Below the pieces are notes generated by a model. The model had not been told where the DNA came from and ran no database searches. It saw only the letters and a program-made list of their open reading frames with translations. Made by a program: the position numbers and the translations under genes. This document shows, in pieces, positions 9,921 to 19,730 of a stretch of 44,492 bases of DNA; positions within the stretch are counted from its first letter, which is position 1; every line of letters begins with the position of its first letter. The stretch covers positions 1-44,492 of the forward strand of contig JBEHZA010000002.1 in assembly GCA_048497895.1 (NCBI GenBank), written 5' to 3'. The DNA is from Verrucomicrobiota bacterium. Its GTDB lineage: Bacteria; Verrucomicrobiota; Verrucomicrobiia; Limisphaerales; JBEHZA01.

Positions 9921-12218
9921 ATGAATCGCCTCACGGCTAATGTTTTGCGCAGCGTTATCCTCCTGCTTTGCTGGCTGGCGGGCAACGGGGCCTTGCTGAC
10001 GGCCGCAGATGAGTCAGGCAAGCCTGCTGACAGTAACCCGGAAGCCGCTACGACGAAGGACCAGCCAATCCCCAAAGAAATTGCGGAGGCTTTTGCCAAC
10101 GTCGAGAATAACGAGCAATTGCTTGTCGCCCGGCGGGCATTGCGTCTCACGCGCCTGCCGCACGCGCCGGTTCCACCAACTGTCACCGGTCCCATTTTCA
10201 ATCCGATTGACGCCTTCATTACCGCCAGTTGGGAATCCAATCATCTGGCCGAAGCCAAACAAGCGCCGGAAATCTGTGACGACAGCACGTTTATCCGGCG
10301 CGTCTATCTGGACCTCATTGGCGCGATTCCCAAAACTCAGGATGCCCAGCGTTTCGTCAGTGATCCGTTTTCCCATAAACGGACGCGCCTTGTGGATGAC
10401 CTGTTGGCCCGCAATTCAGATTACGCGGCCCACTGGACACCCTTCTGGGAGGAAGCACTTGGCAGCGCCAACGTGAACACACAAGGCGGCATTCTCACCC
10501 GCGGTAATTATCGCATCTGGATTCTCAATAATTTTGCCAGGAATCGGCCTTATGATGTCATGGTGGCGGAACTGATCGATCCGACCATGCCCGGCCACCT
10601 TCGCTTTCAGGAACAGGAAGTTTTTGGCCAGAAGTTTCCCATTTCATTTATCCGCAACAGCACTCACACCGCGACTATTCAAACTGCGTCCGACATCGGC
10701 CAGGTCTTTCTCGGCACCGCGATGAAATGTGCGAGTTGCCACAGTCATTTTGAAAACAAAGAATGGCCGCAAGCCCGTTTCCTCGCTTTTGCCGGCATGT
10801 TTGCTCCGCAAGACCTGGAATTGATTCGTTGTGAAAAGCGCAGCGGTGAAATCATTCCCGCCCGCTTTCCGTTTGAAATTCCGGATACGGCCCTCGACGC
10901 CCCGGCTGATATTAACGCCCGTTTACATCGGGTCGCGCAACTCCTGGTGGACCCGGCCAATCCGCGCTTTGCCAAAACCATTGTCAACCGGCTTTGGAAA
11001 CGTTACTTCGGGCTCGGCTTGTTTGAACCAGTCGATGATTTTCGTGCGGATCGATCCGCCGCAAATCCGGCTCTGCTGGAATGGCTCGCCGACGATTTCA
11101 TGCGGCACAATTACGACCTGAAACACACCATCCGCTTGATTCTGACCAGCCGGACTTATCAGCTCAAATACGATCCCACGCTGGAAGATAAGTATGATTC
11201 CGCCAATCCCGCCCTGCCACGTTATTACCGTTCCCCGGCTTTGCGGCGACTGACGGCGGAGCAACTGCTCGACAGTGTAGCCGTCGCCGTGCGTCAGGAA
11301 TGGTCACCCGGCAAACGGCTTTATCTCCGTTCCACTTCCAGTGCTTTGACCCGCGCGCTCGGACGCCCTTCGGTGCGTAATGAAATCAGCACCGCACGCT
11401 CGGATGAGTCTGCCATCGTTCAGGCGCTCGAACTTCTCAACGGCGACGAGTATCACGAACTCATTTATTCCGGACGGGTATTGGACGTTTTTGCGGAGGA
11501 AAAAGATTTTCGTGTGACGGTCGAGCAAGTTTATCGCGCAGTGCTGGGACGCGCTCCAAATGCGCCGGAGTTAACTCTCGGAGTGAAGTTCCTGGAAACG
11601 AACCGGATTTCTACTCCAACCACATCTGGGCCGCCGGTAGAAACGGTTCTGATTGATGACCAACTTCCTTTTCTGAGCGAACCGGATGGCAGTCTAGGCA
11701 CGAATTCCTGGAAATGGGTGTCCGCACCGGATTACCCCGTATTCAGCGGCCAACGCGCTCATACCTTTGCCGGCACCAATGAAGTGCATCAGCACGCCTT
11801 GAATCTGGACCGGCGACCATTGTCGATTAACCCGCAGGACGTCTTTTTTACTCACATTTATTTAGACCCGAAGAATCTGCCCAAACGCATCATGATCCAA
11901 TGGCATGAAGGGAATATTTATTATCAGGGGTTGTGGACGGATGAGCCAAACCCGCAGCTTTATCCGAGCGAAGGCCGAATTCCTTTTTTTCTGGGCAAGC
12001 TGCCTCCACCCGGCGTCTGGACCCGTCTACAAGTCCCCTTTCAATCCGTCAAACTGGAGGGCGGACGCATTACCGGTATTTCATTTGATGAACTGGGGGG
12101 CACGGTTTATTGGGATAAAACTGGCATCACCCGAACTCCGCGCAACCCGATGACCATTCCGTTGGGGGATATGGTGTGGGCTTTAATCACCAGTCCGGAG
12201 TTTCAATATATTAAGTAA
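9921..12218 (+). CDS. DUF1549/DUF1553 (PSCyt2/PSD1) domain protein
   Basis: NPIDAFI, FIRRVYLDLIG, CASCH, NPRFAKTIVNRLW, RRLTAEQLLDS, terminal WALITSPEF; N-terminal signal peptide. Confidence 0.9.
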   Translation: MNRLTANVLRSVILLLCWLAGNGALLTAADESGKPADSNPEAATTKDQPIPKEIAEAFANVENNEQLLVARRALRLTRLPHAPVPPTVTGPIFNPIDAFITASWESNHLAEAKQAPEICDDSTFIRRVYLDLIGAIPKTQDAQRFVSDPFSHKRTRLVDDLLARNSDYAAHWTPFWEEALGSANVNTQGGILTRGNYRIWILNNFARNRPYDVMVAELIDPTMPGHLRFQEQEVFGQKFPISFIRNSTHTATIQTASDIGQVFLGTAMKCASCHSHFENKEWPQARFLAFAGMFAPQDLELIRCEKRSGEIIPARFPFEIPDTALDAPADINARLHRVAQLLVDPANPRFAKTIVNRLWKRYFGLGLFEPVDDFRADRSAANPALLEWLADDFMRHNYDLKHTIRLILTSRTYQLKYDPTLEDKYDSANPALPRYYRSPALRRLTAEQLLDSVAVAVRQEWSPGKRLYLRSTSSALTRALGRPSVRNEISTARSDESAIVQALELLNGDEYHELIYSGRVLDVFAEEKDFRVTVEQVYRAVLGRAPNAPELTLGVKFLETNRISTPTTSGPPVETVLIDDQLPFLSEPDGSLGTNSWKWVSAPDYPVFSGQRAHTFAGTNEVHQHALNLDRRPLSINPQDVFFTHIYLDPKNLPKRIMIQWHEGNIYYQGLWTDEPNPQLYPSEGRIPFFLGKLPPPGVWTRLQVPFQSVKLEGGRITGISFDELGGTVYWDKTGITRTPRNPMTIPLGDMVWALITSPEFQYIK

Positions 12219-12227
12219 GCGCTGCTC

Positions 12228-13715
12228 ATGAACGCCCAAATCAATCGCCGTCAATTTCTGCAAGCCAGTTCCGGTGCGCTGGCTGGATTGAGTCTGGCGG
12301 GCCACTTGCCGGCGGCCGAAACGGAAACCAAAGTTAAAGACCCGCTAAAGCCCAAAGCCGACTCGGTTATCCTGATTTGGCTGCCGGGAGGCGTCGCTCA
12401 AACAGATACCTGGGATACCAAGCGCTTCACGCCCTACCGCCAGGGCATGAAGGGCAACGAGTTGTTATCCACCTGTGAATCGATTCCGACTGCGGCCGAC
12501 GGCATCCGGTTGGGCCAGGGATTGGAAAATCTCGCCACGGTGATGGATCAGGCAACTGTTCTGCGCAGCCTGACGAATAAAACCAAATTTGGAGCCGTAC
12601 ATCTCCGGGCCCAATATTATATGATGACCGGCTACATTCCGCCGGTAGGTGTGAAAGCGCCGAGCATCGGTTCCATTGTAGCGCGCACCCGGGGACGGCG
12701 TCATCCCTATGTGCCGGGGTATATTTATTTGGGCCGGGACATTGATACCAGTGATGAAGAAAAGCTGTTCATCAACGAATATATCGGCTCCGGTTTTTAC
12801 GGCATTAATTACGCGCCGTTCATGATCCCCGAACCCGATCAGGGTTTACCCACGCTCCAAACCATGGCAGGCATGGACCAAAACCGCTTCGACCGGCGGC
12901 TGGCATATTTGCGCGGTCTGGTCGATCTATCCGGCAATGAACTGCATGATTCGCCCAAAGCGAACGCCTATTTAAAGATGATCGAGGACGCCCGCGGGAT
13001 GATGGATTCTCCGGTCAAAAAGGCTTTTGATTTTGCACGTTACGAAAAACCGGAAACGCTGGCCGCATATCAATCACAGGTCAGCCCGCTCGATCTGCTC
13101 GACAAATCCTATTACAACGGCGATCGCTTCGGCCCCAGCCTGCTGTTAGCCCGTCGTCTGGTGGAAGCTGGCGCGCGGTTCGTGCAGGTGGAATATCAGT
13201 ATGGCCCGTTCAAAGGTTTTGACACGCATGAAAACGGACGGGACCGGCTGTTTGAAATGAAGAAACAAGTCGATCGACCGGTTGCTCAGTTGATCCGTGA
13301 TTTAAAGGAGCGCGGCTTGTTGGAACGCACTCTGGTGATTGTGGCCACGGAATTTGGACGGACCATTGCCAGCGCGCCTTCCGCCGGCAAAGAACCGGAA
13401 GGTTTTGCCGAACACCATAACGGCTCTGAACTCGTGATTGAAAACGAGGCGATGTACGGCTTGCATGGTCACTTCAGCAGTTGCAGTTCAATGCTATTTT
13501 TTGGTGGTGGATTCAAAAAGGGATTCGTTTATGGCAAGACCGCACCGGAACATCCCATGATCGCGATCGAAAATCCTGTTACGCTGGAAGACGTTCACGC
13601 CACCATTTACAAGGCGCTCGGCATTCCCGCCGACACGATGTACGAAACCGAAGGCCGCCCCTTCTATGTCACCAATAACGGCAAAGGCCAGCCGATTGAG
13701 GCTTTGCTGGCGTAA
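12228..13715 (+). CDS. DUF1501 domain protein with Tat signal
   Basis: NRRQFL, LxGGxxQxDTWD, LLARRLVEAGARFV, FDTH, TEFGRT, DVHATIYKALGI; directly follows the DUF1553 gene. Confidence 0.9.
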   Translation: MNAQINRRQFLQASSGALAGLSLAGHLPAAETETKVKDPLKPKADSVILIWLPGGVAQTDTWDTKRFTPYRQGMKGNELLSTCESIPTAADGIRLGQGLENLATVMDQATVLRSLTNKTKFGAVHLRAQYYMMTGYIPPVGVKAPSIGSIVARTRGRRHPYVPGYIYLGRDIDTSDEEKLFINEYIGSGFYGINYAPFMIPEPDQGLPTLQTMAGMDQNRFDRRLAYLRGLVDLSGNELHDSPKANAYLKMIEDARGMMDSPVKKAFDFARYEKPETLAAYQSQVSPLDLLDKSYYNGDRFGPSLLLARRLVEAGARFVQVEYQYGPFKGFDTHENGRDRLFEMKKQVDRPVAQLIRDLKERGLLERTLVIVATEFGRTIASAPSAGKEPEGFAEHHNGSELVIENEAMYGLHGHFSSCSSMLFFGGGFKKGFVYGKTAPEHPMIAIENPVTLEDVHATIYKALGIPADTMYETEGRPFYVTNNGKGQPIEALLA

Positions 13716-13769
13716 GATTAACTCATTGGATTAACGCTTAAAGGAGACGCAGTGGCCACTCGCGTCTCT

Positions 13770-15431
13770 TTATCGAGGCAGATTGCTCCTGATTTTTGTT
13801 TCGATTTCCGCACGCAATTCTTCCGTGCGTTTTCGCACGTTTTCAATTTGTGCTGGTGACATGGTTTTCTCCAAGGTTTTGCTACGTTGAGCGGCTTGGA
13901 TATTCCTCGCGACGCAGAGGTTGAACCACGCGTCTGCTTCGACGGGATTTTTATCCACGCCCAAACCTTCCTGATAGCATATGCCGAGATAAAACTGCGC
14001 CCGATCGTCATTGTGGTTGGCCGCCTTTTGCAGCCATTTCAAGCCTGCTGCGTAATTCCGTTCCGAACCTTCAGTGGTGAGATAGAAGCCTCCCAGGTTT
14101 GCTTGCGCGTTAAGATCGTTCTGTTCGGCCGCCCGGGTCAACCATTTCATGGCTTCGGCTTGGTTCTTCTCTATTCCGAGTCCAGAGAAATAACAGGCCC
14201 CGAGCATCGATTGCGCCTCGGCGAGATTTTGATCGGCGGCACGGCGGAACCATTTGACTGCTTCGACCTGGTTTTTCTCCACGCCTTTGCCCTCCCAATA
14301 ACTGCTACCTAAATGAAACTGAGCCTTGGCGTAACCCTGATTGGCGGACTTTTCCCACCACGCGGCTGCTTCTGCTGTGTTCTCCTCCATTCCTTCGCCA
14401 CGGGCATAGCAATTACCTAATGAGAATTGGGCTTCGGGATCATTCTGCAAGGCGCCCTTTTGATACCATTTAACAGCTTCGTCATAATCTCTGGCCACGC
14501 CATTGCCGTAGTAATAGCACGCGCCCAGAGCACATTGAGCCGGTGGAAAATTTTGTCCCGCCGCCTTGAACCACCATTTGACCGCCTCATTCCAACTTTG
14601 CTCTATGCCTTCGCCACGCGAATAACTTTTGCCCAAATGGAATTGAGCTTCAGCATTATTCTGTTCCGCTGCCCGCTGCCACCATTTGACGGCTTCCACA
14701 TCACTTTTATTAACGCCCTGGCCGGTGTTGTAGCTATTGCCGACGATCAACTGGGCTTCGCTATGTCCCTGGTCGGCTGCCTTGCGATACCATTTGAATG
14801 CTTCCGCATAATCTTTGGCTACCCCCTGACCATTACCAAAACAGGCGCCGAGACCAGCTTGAGCAAAGGCAAAATTCTGTAGCGCCGCCAGGCGAAACCA
14901 TTGCACCGCTTCGGTATAATTCGTCTCCACGCCGCGGCCGAAATAATAGCATTCGCCCAACATGGATTGTGCTTCGACAAGGTTTTTTGCCGCCGCTTTC
15001 CGGAAAAAATGCAGCGCCGTGGAATCATCTTTCTTCACCCCTTTGCCTTCCTGATAACACAAGCCGAGATTATATTCCGCTTCGGGATAGTTTTCCGCCG
15101 CTGCCCGGCGATACCATTTCAAAGCCTCGGTCATGCTTCGCTCCACGCCCTGGCCCTTTTCGTAACAGAATCCCAAATTTAATTGCGCTGCGAGATGATT
15201 TTGCTCCGCCGCCTTGCGATACCATTCGACGGCTTCGACAAAGTTGGTCTTCATTCCCAGACCACGCATGTAATAGATTCCCAGATTGTATTGCGCGTCC
15301 GCCTCGCCATGTTCAGCCCTGACTTTATACTCCTGAAACTGGTTTAGAGCCGGTTCGCCTTGCTTGGCCTGGGCAAAGGCCAAAAGGAAGCCGGTCAGGC
15401 AACAGCCAAGAATGCCAGAGTGACCTCTCAT
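13770..15431 (-). CDS. Secreted SEL1-like repeat protein (13 repeats)
   Basis: Thirteen 36-aa AAxQ...AQxxLGxxYxxGxGV...AxxW repeats after a signal peptide. Confidence 0.93.
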   Translation of the reverse strand: MRGHSGILGCCLTGFLLAFAQAKQGEPALNQFQEYKVRAEHGEADAQYNLGIYYMRGLGMKTNFVEAVEWYRKAAEQNHLAAQLNLGFCYEKGQGVERSMTEALKWYRRAAAENYPEAEYNLGLCYQEGKGVKKDDSTALHFFRKAAAKNLVEAQSMLGECYYFGRGVETNYTEAVQWFRLAALQNFAFAQAGLGACFGNGQGVAKDYAEAFKWYRKAADQGHSEAQLIVGNSYNTGQGVNKSDVEAVKWWQRAAEQNNAEAQFHLGKSYSRGEGIEQSWNEAVKWWFKAAGQNFPPAQCALGACYYYGNGVARDYDEAVKWYQKGALQNDPEAQFSLGNCYARGEGMEENTAEAAAWWEKSANQGYAKAQFHLGSSYWEGKGVEKNQVEAVKWFRRAADQNLAEAQSMLGACYFSGLGIEKNQAEAMKWLTRAAEQNDLNAQANLGGFYLTTEGSERNYAAGLKWLQKAANHNDDRAQFYLGICYQEGLGVDKNPVEADAWFNLCVARNIQAAQRSKTLEKTMSPAQIENVRKRTEELRAEIETKIRSNLPR

Positions 15432-15575
15432 TGTTTGGAAAATAACGTTAGCACGTTGTTGTCAGCAAGCAGATGTCTGCACGTTTTCATCACAGTCGAA
15501 TTGACGATTTATTTAAATAAACTTCACAGGAAGGCAATGAACTGTGGAAACTTATTGTGCCTCGAAAGGTTCTGC

Positions 15576-17177
15576 TTATTTCAACTCCGGCGGGACATTG
15601 CCATACGCCCAGGGCGCGCGGAAAGGCGGAGCTTTCTTTGGTTCCGGCACTTTGCCTGGAGTTAAGCTGTTGGCGAGTTCAATGCCTGTGTCGGCCATCT
15701 GACGACCCGCAGTGACTTCCAGATTGCTGTAACTGGTCAGGCGGGTTTCGTAGCCGCCGCCATGGGGGCCCATGGCTTCTTCGGTTGGAACATAGCCCAC
15801 ACAGCCGTTGGCCAATTCAACCGGAAATGTGAATGGGAATTTACTCCCCTTTTTAATATCGAGCCCGTATTGCACAAAGTATTCGGCGGGATCAGAGACA
15901 AAGACCGCTGGCCCTACTTGAATCACCTGCACCTCTGCTTCCGCGCTGGGATGTTTGGCCAGAATCGCATCCAACATCACGATTTCCTTGGCAAAGGTCC
16001 ACTCGGTGGCTCCCACTTCCTTGGGATCTTTCTGCACCAGCTCGATGCTCGCTTTTACCCGCTCTGGTGCTGGCACGCGACGTTTGAGATTCAGCACTTT
16101 CGCTTTGGCATTCAGCGTTACTTCATCGCTGGCGGCTACGGAGAGCAATACTTTCACCGCTTCAGCGCCCACACGGCCACCAACCAGTTGTGACCATTTT
16201 TCTGGCGCGGGATTGTCGTAAGGACTGAGGTTATCAACTTGCGTAATATCACCGCACGCGCCTTGCAGATAGACCACTGGGGCTTCGGTGCCGAGCGCAC
16301 CTTGAATGGTTTTCTCCAAATAATGAATCCAGTTCGCGGAGATGCCACCGGGATTGGTGGTGGCATGACAGGCATAATTCACGAGGCAGCCCAGTAATTT
16401 ACCTTCTTTATCCCACACGCCAATCACTCCCACTTGCGGATCAATTGGCCCCGCATACTCGAAAATATCGGGATTGCCCTTGCCGGGATGAGAAAACGTG
16501 AGGCCATTTTTCATTCGCAACCGCCGGTTAAAGGCCGCCTTGTCTTCCAGGCCGGAACCAAAACCGCAACGCGCTTCCACCCGCGCCGCATTGGCCTGGC
16601 ACACTGCATTGACGAGTTCCGTCCGCACCAATTCCAAATAACGCGAATCGGCTGCGGAAGAATCTACGTACGCCAGTTTCCTGACCAAAGGCGAGGCATC
16701 ATCAAATTCGCCCGGTTGCACCATGCCGGTTGGCCCTGAAGAATGCGAGTGTGAGGCCCCAATCAGAATGGCTTCCGCGGGAATGCCGCAACGGGCTTCG
16801 ATTTCGCGGCGCACCGCTTTGACCAGATCCCGATGAATCATCAAGGCATCAATCCCCACCAGCGCCACCCGTTGGTTGCCATCATCAAATACGACCGCCC
16901 GCACCTTGCAGGCATCATGGAGACTGCGGTGGAACGCTTTACCGTAACCACCCGGTTGTTCCATGCCGATTTCCGGAGTGATGTCCCGTTCGCAGAAGCC
17001 GGCTTTAAGCTTCAGCGGAGGCTCTGCCGGTTTAGCCGCAGGAGCGGCCAGGGCGGAATTTACCATGAGTGACAGAACGGCGAGGTTCCTCACCAGCCAA
17101 CGCAGTGAGCCAACTCGACCACGAGGGCAATTCCGAATAAACTGAGCCGTTTCACAGACTTGAATCATAGGGTTCAT
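15576..17177 (-). CDS. Neutral/alkaline ceramidase-like family protein; start uncertain
   Basis: AGFCERDITP, SHSHSSGP, NYACH, LQGACGD, GYVPT...GGYE. Alternative starts lie between about 17066 and 17252. Confidence 0.72.
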   Translation of the reverse strand: MNPMIQVCETAQFIRNCPRGRVGSLRWLVRNLAVLSLMVNSALAAPAAKPAEPPLKLKAGFCERDITPEIGMEQPGGYGKAFHRSLHDACKVRAVVFDDGNQRVALVGIDALMIHRDLVKAVRREIEARCGIPAEAILIGASHSHSSGPTGMVQPGEFDDASPLVRKLAYVDSSAADSRYLELVRTELVNAVCQANAARVEARCGFGSGLEDKAAFNRRLRMKNGLTFSHPGKGNPDIFEYAGPIDPQVGVIGVWDKEGKLLGCLVNYACHATTNPGGISANWIHYLEKTIQGALGTEAPVVYLQGACGDITQVDNLSPYDNPAPEKWSQLVGGRVGAEAVKVLLSVAASDEVTLNAKAKVLNLKRRVPAPERVKASIELVQKDPKEVGATEWTFAKEIVMLDAILAKHPSAEAEVQVIQVGPAVFVSDPAEYFVQYGLDIKKGSKFPFTFPVELANGCVGYVPTEEAMGPHGGGYETRLTSYSNLEVTAGRQMADTGIELANSLTPGKVPEPKKAPPFRAPWAYGNVPPELK

Positions 17178-17355
17178 AAGCCGTTGTTGGGGAATTGAGG
17201 TGATAATAATGGGTTCGCGTCGGCTTGAAAACCACTTTGTGGCCAACCGCAAGCTCCGGAAGAAGAGACGGCCCGCCCACCACGATAATTCATTCCCCTT
17301 GCGGAGCGGGTTTCCATGATTGCAAAACCAGTGGAAAACCCATTAGTTTACCCCT

Positions 17356-17865
17356 ATGTCGTCCGTTGCTGAACAACTCCGCACTGCTCGCGAGGCTCAA
17401 AACCTCTCGATTCATGAGGTGGCTGAAGCCACCAAAATCAAATCTGACCACGTGCGTGCGTTGGAAGAGGGCAACTATGACTTCTTTGCAGCTCCGGTTT
17501 ATATTCGCGGCTTCGTCCGCACCTACGGCAAGCTGCTGAAGCTGGACGAACGGGATTTAATGCGTGAGTTGGACCTGGAACTGGCGCTAACCAAGCGCTT
17601 CAGTGAACCGCCCAGCCTCACCGGACCTGCCAAAGGGCCCTTGGATTGGGTTTTGTTCCGGCTTTCGCGAATTAACTGGAGCGTCGTCCTGCCTGTGGGG
17701 GGGCTGATTATCGTGCTGACCGTTTCGATCTTCAGCTATCGTGCCTGGCGGCACTATAAGACCTCCGATCCACTGGCACATCTGGGACCCGGCATCTATC
17801 AGCCGGAAAAGCCCCAACCCGGTGAAACGTTGCCTTTGCCCACGGGCACTCCACCGCATCGCTGA
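17356..17865 (+). CDS. RodZ-like HTH membrane protein (short form)
   Basis: HTH_25 motif (ALEEG...VYIRGFVRTYGKLL), one TM helix, short Pro-rich tail; conserved position before rimO-pgsA. Confidence 0.82.
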   Translation: MSSVAEQLRTAREAQNLSIHEVAEATKIKSDHVRALEEGNYDFFAAPVYIRGFVRTYGKLLKLDERDLMRELDLELALTKRFSEPPSLTGPAKGPLDWVLFRLSRINWSVVLPVGGLIIVLTVSIFSYRAWRHYKTSDPLAHLGPGIYQPEKPQPGETLPLPTGTPPHR

Positions 17866-17911
17866 TTTTTTAAAGCGGCGTTCGGGTTACGGATATTTAA
17901 CTTTTCCGTTA

Positions 17912-17939
17912 TTGCCATAACGTCGGCCCGTTGCATAAT
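17912..17939 (+). promoter_or_regulatory. Putative sigma70 promoter for rimO
   Basis: TTGCCA-16 nt-CATAAT, 19 nt upstream of the ATG at 17959. Confidence 0.4.
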
Positions 17940-17958
17940 TCGCTCCCTTTGTGAAAAT

Positions 17959-19638
17959 ATGACTGACTCGAAAAAACGCCCCGTGCGCGTGGGTATGATT
18001 TCTCTGGGTTGCGCCAAGAACCTGGTGGACGCAGAAATTATGCTCGGCTCGCTCATGAAAGAGGGCGTGGAAATCACGAATGATGCCGCCTCGGCTGACG
18101 CGGTGATCGTGAACACTTGTTCCTTTATTGACGCTGCCCAGGAAGAGAGCGTCGATACCATTCTTGAATCCGCCGAAGTCCGCGAAGCGAAGAATCGCGG
18201 TCAGGCACTCATCGTTTCCGGCTGTTTGCCGCAACGTTTCCGGGAGGATTTGCCCAAGCTCATTCCGGAAGTGGACGCTTTCATGGGCATCGATCAAGTC
18301 GCTCAGGTCGGCCAAATTGTTCAACAGGCGCTGGATCATCGTGCCGCGCTATTAGCCGCACCGCCGGCCAAAGGCAAAAAGGCCAAAGCGAAAGTTGTAG
18401 CGCATCTGGCTGAGTTGGAAAAAGGGCACAAAACCTCGGCGCACGAGGAGGAAGAGAAACTGCGCGGAACCGATAAATTCGGAAAAACCAAAACAGTGGT
18501 TGTTCCCGGCGCCTCGGCGAAGTCAGAACCGTTGTTCAATGTCACTCAACGCCCGGTTTACATTCAGGATTTTGGCACACCCCGCTTCCGCCTCACGCCA
18601 AACCATTTCGCTTATGTAAAGATTGCGGAAGGTTGCAACCATACGTGCAGCTTTTGCATCATCCCCCGCATGCGCGGCACTCACCGCAGCCGCACCCAGG
18701 CAGACGTAGTGCAGGAAGCCCGGTTATTGATTGCCGATGGCGTCAAAGAGCTAAATCTCATTTCGCAGGATTCGACTTATTACGGGCTCGATTTGCGGCC
18801 CAATCACAGTCGCAACATTGCCTCGCCGGAGAAGTTCAAAGCCGCCGCCAAATCGCTCGCGGCGGATGCCACCACCCTCTGCACACTGTTGCGTGAATTG
18901 AACGCTTTGCCCGGTGATTTCTGGATTCGCCTGCTTTACACCCATCCGGCGCACTGGACCGATGAATTAATTCAGACCATTGCCGAGTGTCCCAAAGTGG
19001 CGCGCTATATCGACATGCCGTTGCAGCATATTCACCACACCATGCTCGAACGGATGCGGCGCGAAACCTCGCAGCAATATATTGTCGATTTGATCGCGAA
19101 GATTCGTGCAGGCATTCCGGGTATTGCGATCCGCACGACGTTCATCGTCGGTTTTCCCGGCGAGACCGAAGCTTATTTCCAAACGCTGCTCGATTTCATT
19201 CGCGATACCAAATTTGAACGTCTCGGCGTATTTACTTATTCGCATGAGGATGGCACGCGGGCAGCCTCTATGCAGAGCCAAATTACCGATGAGCTCAAAC
19301 AGGAACGCCGTGAACGCGCCATGGCAGAGCAGTTGCAGGTGGCACGGCAGATTTCCGAATCGTTTGTGGGCAAAACCATGCGTGTGCTCGTGGAAAGTGA
19401 AGCCAGCGCGCGCGATTTGAAGAACGCGAATGTCAGTTCGTGGGAACACGGCCTGATTCGCAATGCAGATGAACACACCGAAATGTTAAAAGGCCGCTAC
19501 CTCGTCGCCCGGGGCGAAGCCGATGCGCCGGACATTGATGGACGGGTTTATGTGCGCGGCAAATTGCCCCTGGGCAAATTTGCGCAAGTGAAGATCATCG
19601 GCCATACGGACTATGATTTGATCGCCGAGCCAGCCTAG
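17959..19638 (+). CDS. rimO: Ribosomal protein S12 methylthiotransferase RimO
   Basis: SLGCAKN, VNTCSFI, SGC; radical SAM CNHTCSFC; RTTFIVGFPGET; TRAM domain ending APDIDG...YDL. Confidence 0.95.
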   Translation: MTDSKKRPVRVGMISLGCAKNLVDAEIMLGSLMKEGVEITNDAASADAVIVNTCSFIDAAQEESVDTILESAEVREAKNRGQALIVSGCLPQRFREDLPKLIPEVDAFMGIDQVAQVGQIVQQALDHRAALLAAPPAKGKKAKAKVVAHLAELEKGHKTSAHEEEEKLRGTDKFGKTKTVVVPGASAKSEPLFNVTQRPVYIQDFGTPRFRLTPNHFAYVKIAEGCNHTCSFCIIPRMRGTHRSRTQADVVQEARLLIADGVKELNLISQDSTYYGLDLRPNHSRNIASPEKFKAAAKSLAADATTLCTLLRELNALPGDFWIRLLYTHPAHWTDELIQTIAECPKVARYIDMPLQHIHHTMLERMRRETSQQYIVDLIAKIRAGIPGIAIRTTFIVGFPGETEAYFQTLLDFIRDTKFERLGVFTYSHEDGTRAASMQSQITDELKQERRERAMAEQLQVARQISESFVGKTMRVLVESEASARDLKNANVSSWEHGLIRNADEHTEMLKGRYLVARGEADAPDIDGRVYVRGKLPLGKFAQVKIIGHTDYDLIAEPA

Positions 19639-19642
19639 AATT

Positions 19643-19670
19643 TTGACAGCCACGCAAAAATGAACACTAT
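19643..19670 (+). promoter_or_regulatory. Putative promoter for pgsA
   Basis: Perfect TTGACA, 16 nt spacer, weak -10 CACTAT. Confidence 0.4.
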
Positions 19671-19730
19671 TAACACTATGCCGTTCGCCTGGGTGAAACC
19701 GGCGAGCGCGGTTGTCGAAGCTGTTGCCTC

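Noticed and set aside
15508-15521. dif/Xer site
   Set aside because: Only a loose resemblance to a XerD arm; no 28-bp two-arm structure.
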